Source: Octopus sinensis (taxonomy: Eukaryota). From it: DNA of 64,000 nt. A program made the translations under genes and the position numbers. Under the pieces are notes generated by a model that worked only from the letters and a program-made list of their open reading frames with translations, did not search any database and was not told where the DNA came from. The DNA is taken from assembly GCF_006345805.1 (NCBI RefSeq), contig NC_042998.1, forward strand, positions 10,540,001 through 10,604,000. The letters run 5' to 3'. Below, one piece after another: positions 50,526-60,410 of the stretch. The stretch's first letter is position 1. Each line of letters starts with the position of its first letter.

Positions 50526-51818
50526 TCATACGACCCCAGGACTGAGAATCTTTGATCGCAAAGAAGAATACAGACCAATGTGTTTAAAAAGATTTGGCTG
50601 CAAAAGATAGGCTTTCAGGTGAGTCTCAGAACGTAACTGCTCCAATGCCATATCTTTGGCAAACCTACTCTTACAACGCACATGGCTAAGGTAGTCTATA
50701 ACAGTTTTAGCAGTTGCATTAGTATATAATATTGCTGGTGTGCAACATGAAGGTGAAGGTGTCAACATGTAAAAATGTTTGGACAATCGTCTAAATTCAA
50801 GTAAGTTCTGTCTTCCAATGGCAATAAAAAGCAAGAAGAAATAGAGACTGAGAAGAAACCAGGAAGCATTGATATTTCTAAAAACATTTTTCATCCCAAT
50901 ACACCGATAAATAAGAAGAACTAATACACCAAAAACTAAACTCAGGGATATTAGTTCCGGTATTCTTTCCACTTCTATGCTCCAATATCCCAGCAGTCGA
51001 TCTGGATGATAGAGTTTTAAGTACCACTGTTCAGGAAAATGCTGATATGAGCCATGCTGGTTTTTAACATGGTATATGTAGTCAAGAACATGGTACAAAA
51101 CCCGAAACATATCATTTGTGGGCAGGCTGTCGTCCTCAACAAGCAATACAAAACTTGGTTTCCATACAAGGGAAGCATTGAGGCAGTATACATAGTCTTC
51201 TTTTTCTTTTTCAAATACTTCAAAAGAATAGGAAGATTTTGTGGGGAACCGTTGAAAAGTTTGAATAAAAGAAGAGAGGTTGCGAGTTTCATGGTAGGTA
51301 TCTGGATCACGATCAACATTACACAGAGAAAGTTTTACATTTCTTTGTCGATTTTCAGAACTCAAAAGTAATTCCATATATCGCCAAACAGCTTGTGTAA
51401 GGTAGTGTGGCTCATAATTATTAAACTTGTGCCTATTTCGGGATACTGTAATTATAGTTAGTGCTATATCAACTTTCAATTTGGGTTGGCCAAATAAAGT
51501 TAAGGCATCTTCTGGAAAGTTGAGTTTTGATGTAACCAAGGGAGAATTAGGTAGACGCTTCATGCTACTGAAAGTATCTTTCAAAAAGTTGCGAGACAGT
51601 TTAAGTCTTTCATCATTCTCATCATTAAACTTTCTAATCCCGTCATCCTTGTCAGCATGACCAGCATGGTAGTAAACAGAGAAAGGTAGTTTGTGGCAGA
51701 GGGTAGGCAAAATAAGAAAAAATGTGACTGAATATAAAATAACTAAATGAGTTCTCGCTTGCTGTCCAGGTTTTGGTAGCCACTTCACACATGTTTCAGC
51801 AATATACTTCACCAATAT
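50526..51818 (-). CDS. PGAP4: Post-GPI attachment to proteins factor 4 / TMEM246 (GPI-GalNAc transferase); main coding exon, start codon not in this exon
   Basis: Intact 430-codon frame with N-terminal TM, LLVEDDSLP, YLKLYHPDRL, two further TM segments, PSCCTPAILY, FAKDMAL, PNLFKHIGLYSSLR, all recognisable PGAP4 motifs; the ORF-track M is a TTG preceded by the acceptor tcttttatcAG. Confidence 0.93.
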   Translation of the reverse strand: MLVKYIAETCVKWLPKPGQQARTHLVILYSVTFFLILPTLCHKLPFSVYYHAGHADKDDGIRKFNDENDERLKLSRNFLKDTFSSMKRLPNSPLVTSKLNFPEDALTLFGQPKLKVDIALTIITVSRNRHKFNNYEPHYLTQAVWRYMELLLSSENRQRNVKLSLCNVDRDPDTYHETRNLSSFIQTFQRFPTKSSYSFEVFEKEKEDYVYCLNASLVWKPSFVLLVEDDSLPTNDMFRVLYHVLDYIYHVKNQHGSYQHFPEQWYLKLYHPDRLLGYWSIEVERIPELISLSLVFGVLVLLIYRCIGMKNVFRNINASWFLLSLYFFLLFIAIGRQNLLEFRRLSKHFYMLTPSPSCCTPAILYTNATAKTVIDYLSHVRCKSRFAKDMALEQLRSETHLKAYLLQPNLFKHIGLYSSLRSKILSPGVV

Positions 51819-51924
51819 CTGATAAAAGATACATAAAACAATTAAAAATCAAAATACAAAGGACATGATATACATATATAAGATTTATTATAATAATATA
51901 ATAATAATAATGAAATTATTGTAT

Positions 51925-52200
51925 ACAGTGCTCAGGTGCACCACAACTTGTCAGAAAGTGCATATAAAGCATATGCAGTAATGTAAAAGTGTTTGGAAAG
52001 CGAACAATGTATGAGTCAGATACATGCTTGTGTGTGTATGGAGGGGAGAAAATCAGGTGTAGTGTTGGCGAATCTCAGGAAGCATGGAAGTTTTGAAGGA
52101 TGCAGTGCTCCGACAACTAACAACTGATGCCGGCAGTTTGTTCCATGCTTCAGCAACTCTAAGCGTGAAAAAATGTTTCCTGAAGTCATGGGAGCTGTGC
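51925..52200 (-). mobile_element. CR1/L2-type LINE 3' fragment
   Basis: HDFRKHFFTLRVAEAWNKLPASVV....SFK. Confidence 0.85.
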
Positions 52201-52544
52201 TGTTTATCATTATTGTTTATCATTATTGTCATTTCCAGCAACACAGTTACAATATAGCCCTCACTTAACAGACCAATGAGCAAAAGCATTTGAGCACTGA
52301 CGCTTTTTTGCTAACCAGTGCGTCTAGGACTGAATATCCTAAGTTTTCTTATATTTTTTAAAGAAAGGTTTCATGAAAAGAAGGCTAATGATTCTTGGCT
52401 GAGGAAATCTATTGGAGACAACTCTTGTCTATTCCACTGTCAAAAAATCCAGCAAAAGTATTTTATTGTGTAAACAAAAATAAATGTTTGATGATTTTTA
52501 TGTAGTTGAACTGATCGCCCTTGCATCTATGAAATTATTATTAT

Positions 52545-52694
52545 TTACTTTATTTACATTTGACGGATATTTGTCCTCATCTTGTTTGTTGTTAACACAA
52601 TGTTTCAGCTAATATACCCTCCAGCCTTCATCAGGTGTCTTGGAGAAATTTCGAACCTGGGTTCTCATTCCTAAGGTATTTTTTGATGTTGTTA

Positions 52695-52741
<47 letters not shown>

Positions 52742-52825
52742 CAGGTCACTGCCTGGAATCAAACTTGGAATCTTGGGGTTAGTTGCCTGTGCTCTTAACC
52801 ACTATATCATATGCCCGTGGGCATA
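52545..52825 (-). ncRNA. Most complete solo PLE 3' module: tRNA-like head, (AAT)n and type I hammerhead (52595-52638)
   Basis: Minus strand tgatatagtgg (A box) .. gtttgattcc (B box) .. (aat)n .. acac-CTGATGA-a-ggctg..tagct-GAAA-cat-t-gtgt. Confidence 0.8.
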
Positions 52826-53045
52826 TTAAGGTGGTGAGCTGGCAGAACCATTAGAATGTTGGGTGAAATGCTTAGCAGTATTTTGCCCGTCGCTATGTTC
52901 TGAGTTCAAATTCCATTGAGGTTGACTTTGCCTTTCATCCTATCGGGTTGATAAATTAAGCACCAGTGAAACACTGGGATCGATGTAATTAACTAGTCCC
53001 CTCTCCCAAAATATCAGGCCTTCTGCCTATAGTAGAAAGGATTAT
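52826..53045 (+). mobile_element. SINE family A
   Basis: ggtggtgagctggcagaacc head, conserved body. Confidence 0.88.
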
Positions 53046-53689
53046 TATTATTGGTAATCCTTTTAACCATTTCCTTTTATGGTAGTATTTATGGCAGAAT
53101 AAGAAAAAAGCAAAGTAATGTTCATGCATTAGCATATACAACAGCTTAAAATACACTCTACATGGTTTTAAGTTCAGTCCCTCTGTGTGGTACCTTAGGC
53201 AAGTGTCTTCTGCTTTAGTCTTGGGCCGACCAAAGCCTTGTGATTGAATTTCTTAGGCAAAAGTTACCATCGTGTATGTACATGTGTGTGTAAGTGCTTG
53301 TGCCTCCTAACAACACTGTAATCAATTTCCCATCTCAACTCTAATTACAATGGATAATTAATATATCAGTAAAACACACCTTGATAAACTAAGTTCTAAA
53401 AGTTTGTTTTATATCATAGCTACAGAAAAATTGTGCGAAACCAATTGGTACAATTAGTTGTAATAGATATGAGATATATAATACTGTACACTTAGATGGA
53501 TGAGTGTTAGGCGTGTGTGTGGGTGTATATATTTATATATATATTTATTTACACTTTTAATTCTTGAATATGTGTATATTGCATGTACATTTAAAAAAAA
53601 TATTTCATATATATATGTATATATATATATATATATATTTGTATTTTTACTTCTGTTTTATTTGATTTGTGTGTATTTGTGGATGTACT

Positions 53690-55060
53690 TAAAGGGGAAG
53701 ATGGAGCTCCTAGGTTTAATAAAGCTGTGGGGAAGGCAATCTGTCTAGGAGAAGGTAACTCCAAATTCAAATCCTTCACTGCTGTCTTACAGTTAGCCTT
53801 TGGTTGGGAAAAGACTGGGAGAAGAACACTCTGATATAAAACCACTGAAGAGGTTAAACTCTGGGATAATAAAACATGCAACCTGCACAATCACCCAGTA
53901 ATCTTGCCTTGGTTTGTCACTGGATATCAGATTTTGGGGGAGGCGTGGGTGCTATATGTGTCCTAATGCATGTGGCATTGATATTTAAATGTACAGATAT
54001 CTCTTCAAGTCCCACGGCGATGGATTAGTGGCGACATGTGCAGGCTTAATGGGCTGGGAGTGCATAGTCATGAATCTGCATGTGGGCAGCTCAGAGCCCA
54101 TCTAAAGTCACTGCATTGTTGAAAGAACAGCAGCATGCTTTGGCGAGGTCGAGAGCATCCGAGCAGCCCTCTCTAGGGTAGTACCGCTCACCCAGAAATC
54201 TGGGACAGATCTAGGAAAGGTGGCCCAAACAAGTGTCTGTTCTACCATAAAGCTGGTCAGCAGGAGGAATACAAAGAGAAAATATGAAGCAAGAAATATT
54301 AGATTATGGGTAGGCATTGTAAGGAACGTCAGGACACTTCTTGATCATGAAGGGTCAAGTAACCCTCAATGGTGAACTGGCATATTGGCCAAGGAGTTGG
54401 CTCGCTATAACATCGACATTGCTGCACTCTCTGAAACTCTGTTGAGTGATGAAAATCAATTGACAGAAACAGGTGCTGGATACACTTTCTTTTGGAAGGG
54501 TAAACCAAAGGGTGAAAAAGAAGAAGGGGTGTTGGCTTTGCCATTCATACCAAGTTAACCCACAAAATAGAACAACCTAATGGTTTCAGCGATAGGATTA
54601 TGTATCTTTGAGCACCTCTATCATACGATCGTTTTAGGACTTATTTCTGTTTATGTTCCTACTTTTGATAGCAGCAGTGAATCTATTATGACTTTCTATG
54701 AGGATCTCAGATCGGTTATGATTTCGATTCCAAATGCAGATAAGATCCTCAATCTTGGCGATTTCAACACCCATGTTGGATGCAATTATGAGACCAGGGA
54801 TGCACTAGGAAGACATAGTTTGGGCAAAATGAATGCTTAATGGTCTCTGTCTTCTTCAGCTCTGCACTGAGCTTGATCTCATCATCTGCAACAGTTTTTC
54901 ATCAGAAGGATATCCATAAACCTACCTGAATGCATCCAAGATCCAAACATGGGCATATTCTTGATTACCTTATCACCAGGAAATGAGACCTTCTAGATAT
55001 TTGCACTATGTGAGTCATGCATGGTGCAGAATGTGAGACTGGCCATATGCTCATATGTGG
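53690..55060 (+). mobile_element. RTE-clade LINE, 5' part (5' UTR plus AP endonuclease), degraded
   Basis: NVRTLLD..LAKELARYNIDIAALSET..GAGYTFFWKG..GVGFAI, LGDFNTHVG, HPRSKHGHILDY. Confidence 0.85.
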
Positions 55061-56800
55061 TAATTGTTTTTGTAGGGCATTGAAGAGCTGAGGTCCTCTG
55101 AAACCGAGGCTGTTGCAATACCTTGTTCTTATGTGAGATGCAGTGGCCAGTTACCCTTGGTACCATGCAGAGGCGACCTGTGTGGGCATTCCTATGGTAC
55201 TTGATGCCAAAGTTTGGTACCAGTTCTTCCAGTATTTTCCATATGTAAATTATTACATATCCCTCCTGCCTGTGCTCCAGTTGCTCCCTGTAGTTCATCT
55301 ACTGGACTGTGGCAATTTGTTTTGTATAGTGACGCTGAATTGCCTCAAGTTCTGTTGTTAGTTTGACACTGTGTGGTGACCACAACTGAGAGTAATAGTC
55401 TAGGCAGCTCAGAAAAAAATGTTTTCCATAGAGTCAACATGACTTTTTTGATCCCTTGTTCTGAATGTCCTCAGTATCCATCCTGCCAGTTGTCTGCACT
55501 TTGCTGTCAACTTGACAATGTGCATGTGAAATGATGCATCACTACACAAGCTGATGCCCAGCTCTCTCACTGTTTGTGATTCTGGGATTGCAGTACCTCT
55601 AGGTCCTGTGTATGCCAGTTGGGGGGCACTTGTGGCCTTGTAGCACAGTACTTGAACTTTTTTAGCATTGAACCGCATATTATTTTGCTCTGCTCACTTT
55701 AGGTCATTCTGCAGGCTTATGACATCATCAGGATTCTTTATTGCCTGAGATAGTTTTGTGTCATCAACGTAGCTAGTGACAATGACTGTCTGAGTGACTG
55801 TGGGCATGTCTAGAAGGGCTACTATGAACAGTAGTGGCCCTAGGACAGTTCCTTGTGGAACACTGCTCAATATTTGCGTTTCCCTAGATAATTCTCCATT
55901 GGCTGAAACTGTCTGACTTCTACCATTCAGGAAGTCATGCAGCCGCTCTCCTAATTTACCAGCTATGGCAAGGTTTCACAGCTTGTGACATATCATGCCA
56001 TGATCAACTTTGTCAAAGGCCTTTGCAAAGTCCAGATATATCACATCATATGAATGGTCAAGTAGCTGCTTCAGGACCCAGTCATAATGCTGCAAGAGCT
56101 GTGTGAGGCAGCATCTACCTTGATGGAAGCCATGCTGGGTTACATTCAGCAAGTCATTTTCTTCTAGGAACACAATCAGCCCCCTTCTGAGATTCGTTCC
56201 ATGACTTTGCTAATATGTGAAGTCAGAGAGATGGGCCTGTTGGTCCTTGATGGATTATGTGTATGCTGGTTCAAGTGTTTTGGTCTCCCTTTTCTGTGCA
56301 CCTGCTTAGTTTGTTGTGGGTGGTCATCTAGCTTGTTTAGCTGGTGGTGTTTAGGATGGGCAAATTTGCAGTTTTCTCCCTTTTCCCTGTGTCAGGTAGA
56401 ATTTATAGATAATCTGTTTCTTTGTGTTATGTACTTGGGCTTGGGCTTGAAGCTTGTTAGTGTTCACCATTCTCCTGTCTCTGTGTTAGTTGTATTCACT
56501 ATGGCCATTGCAGCTTTCAATAGTGGCTATAGCACTGATGGCATTTGCCTAGTTTTGGTCATTTGTTTGGCCTTCCTGAGTTTGTGCACAGTGCGCAGGG
56601 TTTTCATTGTCATCCTTCAGCCTGTGTCCCTCATAATGCTTTCTAGGAGGTCAAGATGCAGTTTTATAAGATCATAGCAGCATATGAGCTCCTGTTTCTT
56701 CTGGTCAATTTGGGCCATAGATCTGTAGAAATTATATCTATCCAAGGTTTCAGCTATTAGGTCATTTGCTGGTGATCCTTTGAGAAATACTAATAGAAAG
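55060..56800 (-). mobile_element. CR1-type LINE, internally deleted (ORF1-like segment joined to RT)
   Basis: RPISLTSHISKVMER, QHGFHQGR.CLTQLL, IYLDFAKAFDKVDH, VPQGTVLGPLLF, YVDDTK; upstream basic segment with CKFAHP. Confidence 0.85.
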
Positions 56801-56939
56801 AAAGAAAAGAGGATAAAGAGGAGGGGGAGTGAGAATATGAAATAGAGAAATAAACAAGTACAGAAATAGAGAATACGTATATATGTATATATACATATGT
56901 ATATACATACATATATGTATATATATACATATATACACA

Positions 56940-57583
56940 CGACTACAAGAACTAAAAGATACCCTAATCACCAGGAACTATCCACCTTCACTTATTGACA
57001 AATGCATTCAACGTGCCCTTCAACTTAACATCAAGGAACTGAGACATCCCAAATCAAAGAAAAACTTACAACCAAAAGCCTTACCATACATCTCCACACA
57101 CAACCCTCTCAATAACGAAGCCTTCGACACCATCTCCACAACATACCCCTCCTAAAAAAAGACCACAGAATGAACACAATCCTCCAAACACACACGATCA
57201 TAAAAAGCAAAAGACAGCCTAGATCCATGAAAATTCTCCTTACACAAGCCCGAATTCACTCTTCAACACAGAAGCCGACAGTAAAAAATGTGGAAGACCC
57301 AATTGCGGGATATGCGACTATCTAATCGAGGGTTCTGAGTTCTCCTTCAAACAGGGACAACATTTTACAGTGAAAAGCAACTTCACATGTGCTTCGGAGA
57401 ACCTAATATACTCACTAACCTGCTCCGGTGTCAAGAGCAGTACATAGGCCAAACAAAAAATGGTTTGCTAAACGAATGGCCCTGCACAGATCCCAGATAA
57501 AAATTCCCCAAAACAGAAAAATAGCTTTTAGCCAACACATAGATACTTGCGCCAACAAAAAAACACCAAACTTCAGAATTTTC
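56940..57583 (+). mobile_element. Penelope-like element fragment (Neptune-like), cut by the assembly gap
   Basis: L..RNYPPSLI, LPYISTHNP, CGRPNCGIC, FTCASENLIYSLTCSG..YIGQT..RMALHRSQI..FSQH. Confidence 0.85.
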
Positions 57584-57683
57584 NNNNNNNNNNNNNNNNN
57601 NNNNNNNNNNNNNNNNNNNNNNNNNNNNNNNNNNNNNNNNNNNNNNNNNNNNNNNNNNNNNNNNNNNNNNNNNNNNNNNNNNN
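57584..57683. other. Assembly gap (100 N)
   Basis: Run of N. Confidence 1.
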
Positions 57684-57794
57684 ATCTTTTTCGGGCGACT
57701 GCATTGACTTTACTTATCTATACGTATATTGACGACACAAGCTAGTGATTGTTTGATGTACATGGGAAAAAAACCTGACTTTAATTCAAACTAC

Positions 57795-58417
57795 TAATTC
57801 AAACAAAGCACGCGGAATTCTCTTCTTGATTCGACGGTCATTCGGAATGCTCACAGCAGCCATATTCCTACCACTCTATGTCACGCTGGTGAGACCCATA
57901 TTGGAGTATGGGATTCAAGCCTCTTCTCCTTATCTCCTCAAAGACATACAGCATCCCGAAAGAGTCCAGAAGCTGGCTACCCGCATGGTTCATGGTCTCA
58001 AAAATTTGTCCTACGAAGAAAGGCTGAGGACGCTCGACCTTTATTCTCTTGAAAAACGCCGCTGCCGTGGTGATCTCATTCTCGCCCACAACATCATAAG
58101 CGGAAAGTGTAACCTCTTGAAAGAGCTGTTCTTCACTCCTGCTCCAGAGCGTCGGCTGCGGGGTCATTCCGAAAAGCTCTACCTGCGACGATTTCATCTC
58201 AATCGAAGGAGAGGAGCTTTCTCCGTCCGGGTTGCAGATCCGTGGAACAAGCTGCCAGACGAGATGGTGAAGATGCCGACGACCGCTTTGTTCAAAGCCT
58301 CCCTGGACCTCAAGTGGCCTGAACTCTTTACATGAACACCACCCTGTACTTAACTCCATGTCCCCCTACATGGCCTTGCTATTTGCTTTTGAGCCAAATT
58401 AACTAACTAACTAACTA
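57795..58417 (+). mobile_element. CR1-clade LINE 3' end, well preserved, (TAAC)n tail
   Basis: ORF 57826-58335 LYVTLVRPILEY..ERVQKLATRMV..YEERL..LYSLEKRR.RGDLI..LRGHS.KL..FSVRV..WNKLP. Confidence 0.92.
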
Positions 58418-58494
58418 CTATTACATCGATAGATTAATGAATGCCAAACCAATCCTGAATTTGCTTTCAATAATTTCTGATTTTATTTACTTAA

Positions 58495-58713
58495 CCCTTT
58501 AGTATTTAAACCGGCCATATCTGGCCAAAATATTTAATCTGTTTTATGTTCAAACTGACCAGATCCAGGCTCTCACACCTACCCTACAATGTTATACTAC
58601 ATTAAGTAATTACACCATCAAGATCTTGAAGATATGAGATAATGCATGATTAAATCAAATCAATGTGAATCAATTAGCATTATGTTTGATAGAACAATCA
58701 GAACACTAAAGGA
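58495..58713. mobile_element. piggyBac-type MITE
   Basis: TTAA|ccctttagt ... actaaagga|TTAA. Confidence 0.85.
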
Positions 58714-59414
58714 TTAACTTAACAATATGTGAAAGTATTTTTCATTCTGGCCAGCTGTGTTAACATACTTTTTAATATAATTGCCACCTGGGCAAAATCG
58801 TTGCTTGCTCCCAAGACCAGACATTTAAAATCAATTGAAAAATACACCAGTGTGCTGGCCAAATTATAATAACACCTGGCATGAACTTTCTATAATTGGC
58901 AGATTAACTAATTCTTATCGATTCTCTAATTAGGCAGATGCATTGTTTAGCAGTATTTTCACTCGAGTACATTTTGTTCTCCAAAAAGGTACATCTCTAT
59001 TTTTGTAAGCATGTGAGAATGATTTATTCGATACTTCTTGACTTAGCTTTTATCTTCACTTTTCTTAAATTGGATATGTCTGCTATTAAGTTGCAGAAGT
59101 TTGGCAATACAGTTAAAAATCATTTCTGCTTTACTTCTTAGATACTATTTTACCGTAAATTCTTACAGCTTCATGCTTTTTTTCTTATTTATCATTATAC
59201 ATTTCGACCTATAATAACAGATAAAAGTCAATACTTCATTCAAAAACCTTAACGTTTTACTTTCAGAGATGGGTTCAAGTTGCAAAAAAAATCTCATGTT
59301 GTTTGGCTCAGTAAAAACCATCTTTATAGATAATGCCTAACCAAAAACAATCAATGCTCTGTTCCAAAAGGAATGCCCTCCTAAAACAGCGAAAAAGGGA
59401 GTTGAATTCACAGG

Positions 59415-60235
59415 TATTTCATGTGTTTCCTGTCGAGAGGTAGGTTCATCTGGAACCCTTGACAAGAAGAGATCCAGTTTAGTTTTAAAGAAACCCACAT
59501 CCACACCATGCAGGACTCTCAGGCATTTAGGAAGAATATTGAAGAGTTGTGGTCCCCTGTGGATTCTCTGAACTTTCAGAACAAGAGAGAAGGAGACACT
59601 GATGGTCCTTTGGAAGACATTCATCCTCAGCCACTTGGACTACTGTGCCCAACTATGGTCACCACACAATATAAAGTTAACAGCAGAATTCGAAGCAATT
59701 CAACGAAGCTACACTAAGAACGTCGTCTCAATGCAACATATCAGCTACTGGGAAAGACCGAAAGTATTAAAACTCTTCTCCCTGGAGCGAAGGTGGGAGA
59801 GATATGCAGTGATATACATCTGGAAAATCCTGGAGTGTCTTGTCCCAAACTTTGGCATTCAAAGTTACCCCAACCGCAGAACGGGGTACCACTGCATGGT
59901 GCCAAGGATCCCAACATGATCATCAAAATCCAGGACCAGATACTACAACAGCTTGGGTTTCAGGGGACCACAGCTCTTCAATATCCTTCCTAAATGCCTG
60001 AGAGACCTGCATGGTGTGGATGTGGGTTTCTTTAAAACTAAACTGGATCTCTTCTTGTCGGGGGTCCCAGATGAGCCTACCTCTCGGCAGGAAACACAGA
60101 TGTGGGCAGCAACATCGAACTCCCTTGTTGATCAAGTGCCACGTATCAGAGGTGGTTTCACATACTAGAGTAGCTCATTCAACAGTGGTGCCCCAGCATG
60201 GCCACAGCCTTCAGGCTGAAACATTTTTAAAGATT
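59415..60235 (+). mobile_element. CR1-type LINE 3' fragment preceded by an inverted copy of its own 3' part
   Basis: LWKTFILSHLDYCAQLWSP..SLERRWERYAVIYIWKILE..GPQLFNILP..VPDEP; 59422-59559 is the reverse complement of 59961-60098. Confidence 0.85.
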
Positions 60236-60373
60236 TAAGGATTAAGGATATATATATATATATATATACATACATATATACATGCATACATACATATATA
60301 TATATAGATATATATATATATATTATATATATATATATATACATACATATATATATATATACATACATACATA

Positions 60374-60407
<34 letters not shown>

Positions 60408-60410
<3 letters not shown>

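Noticed and set aside
57540-57800. ORFs spanning the N run, suggesting a PLE-CR1 fusion
   Set aside because: The junction is an assembly gap of nominal length, so adjacency is unproven.
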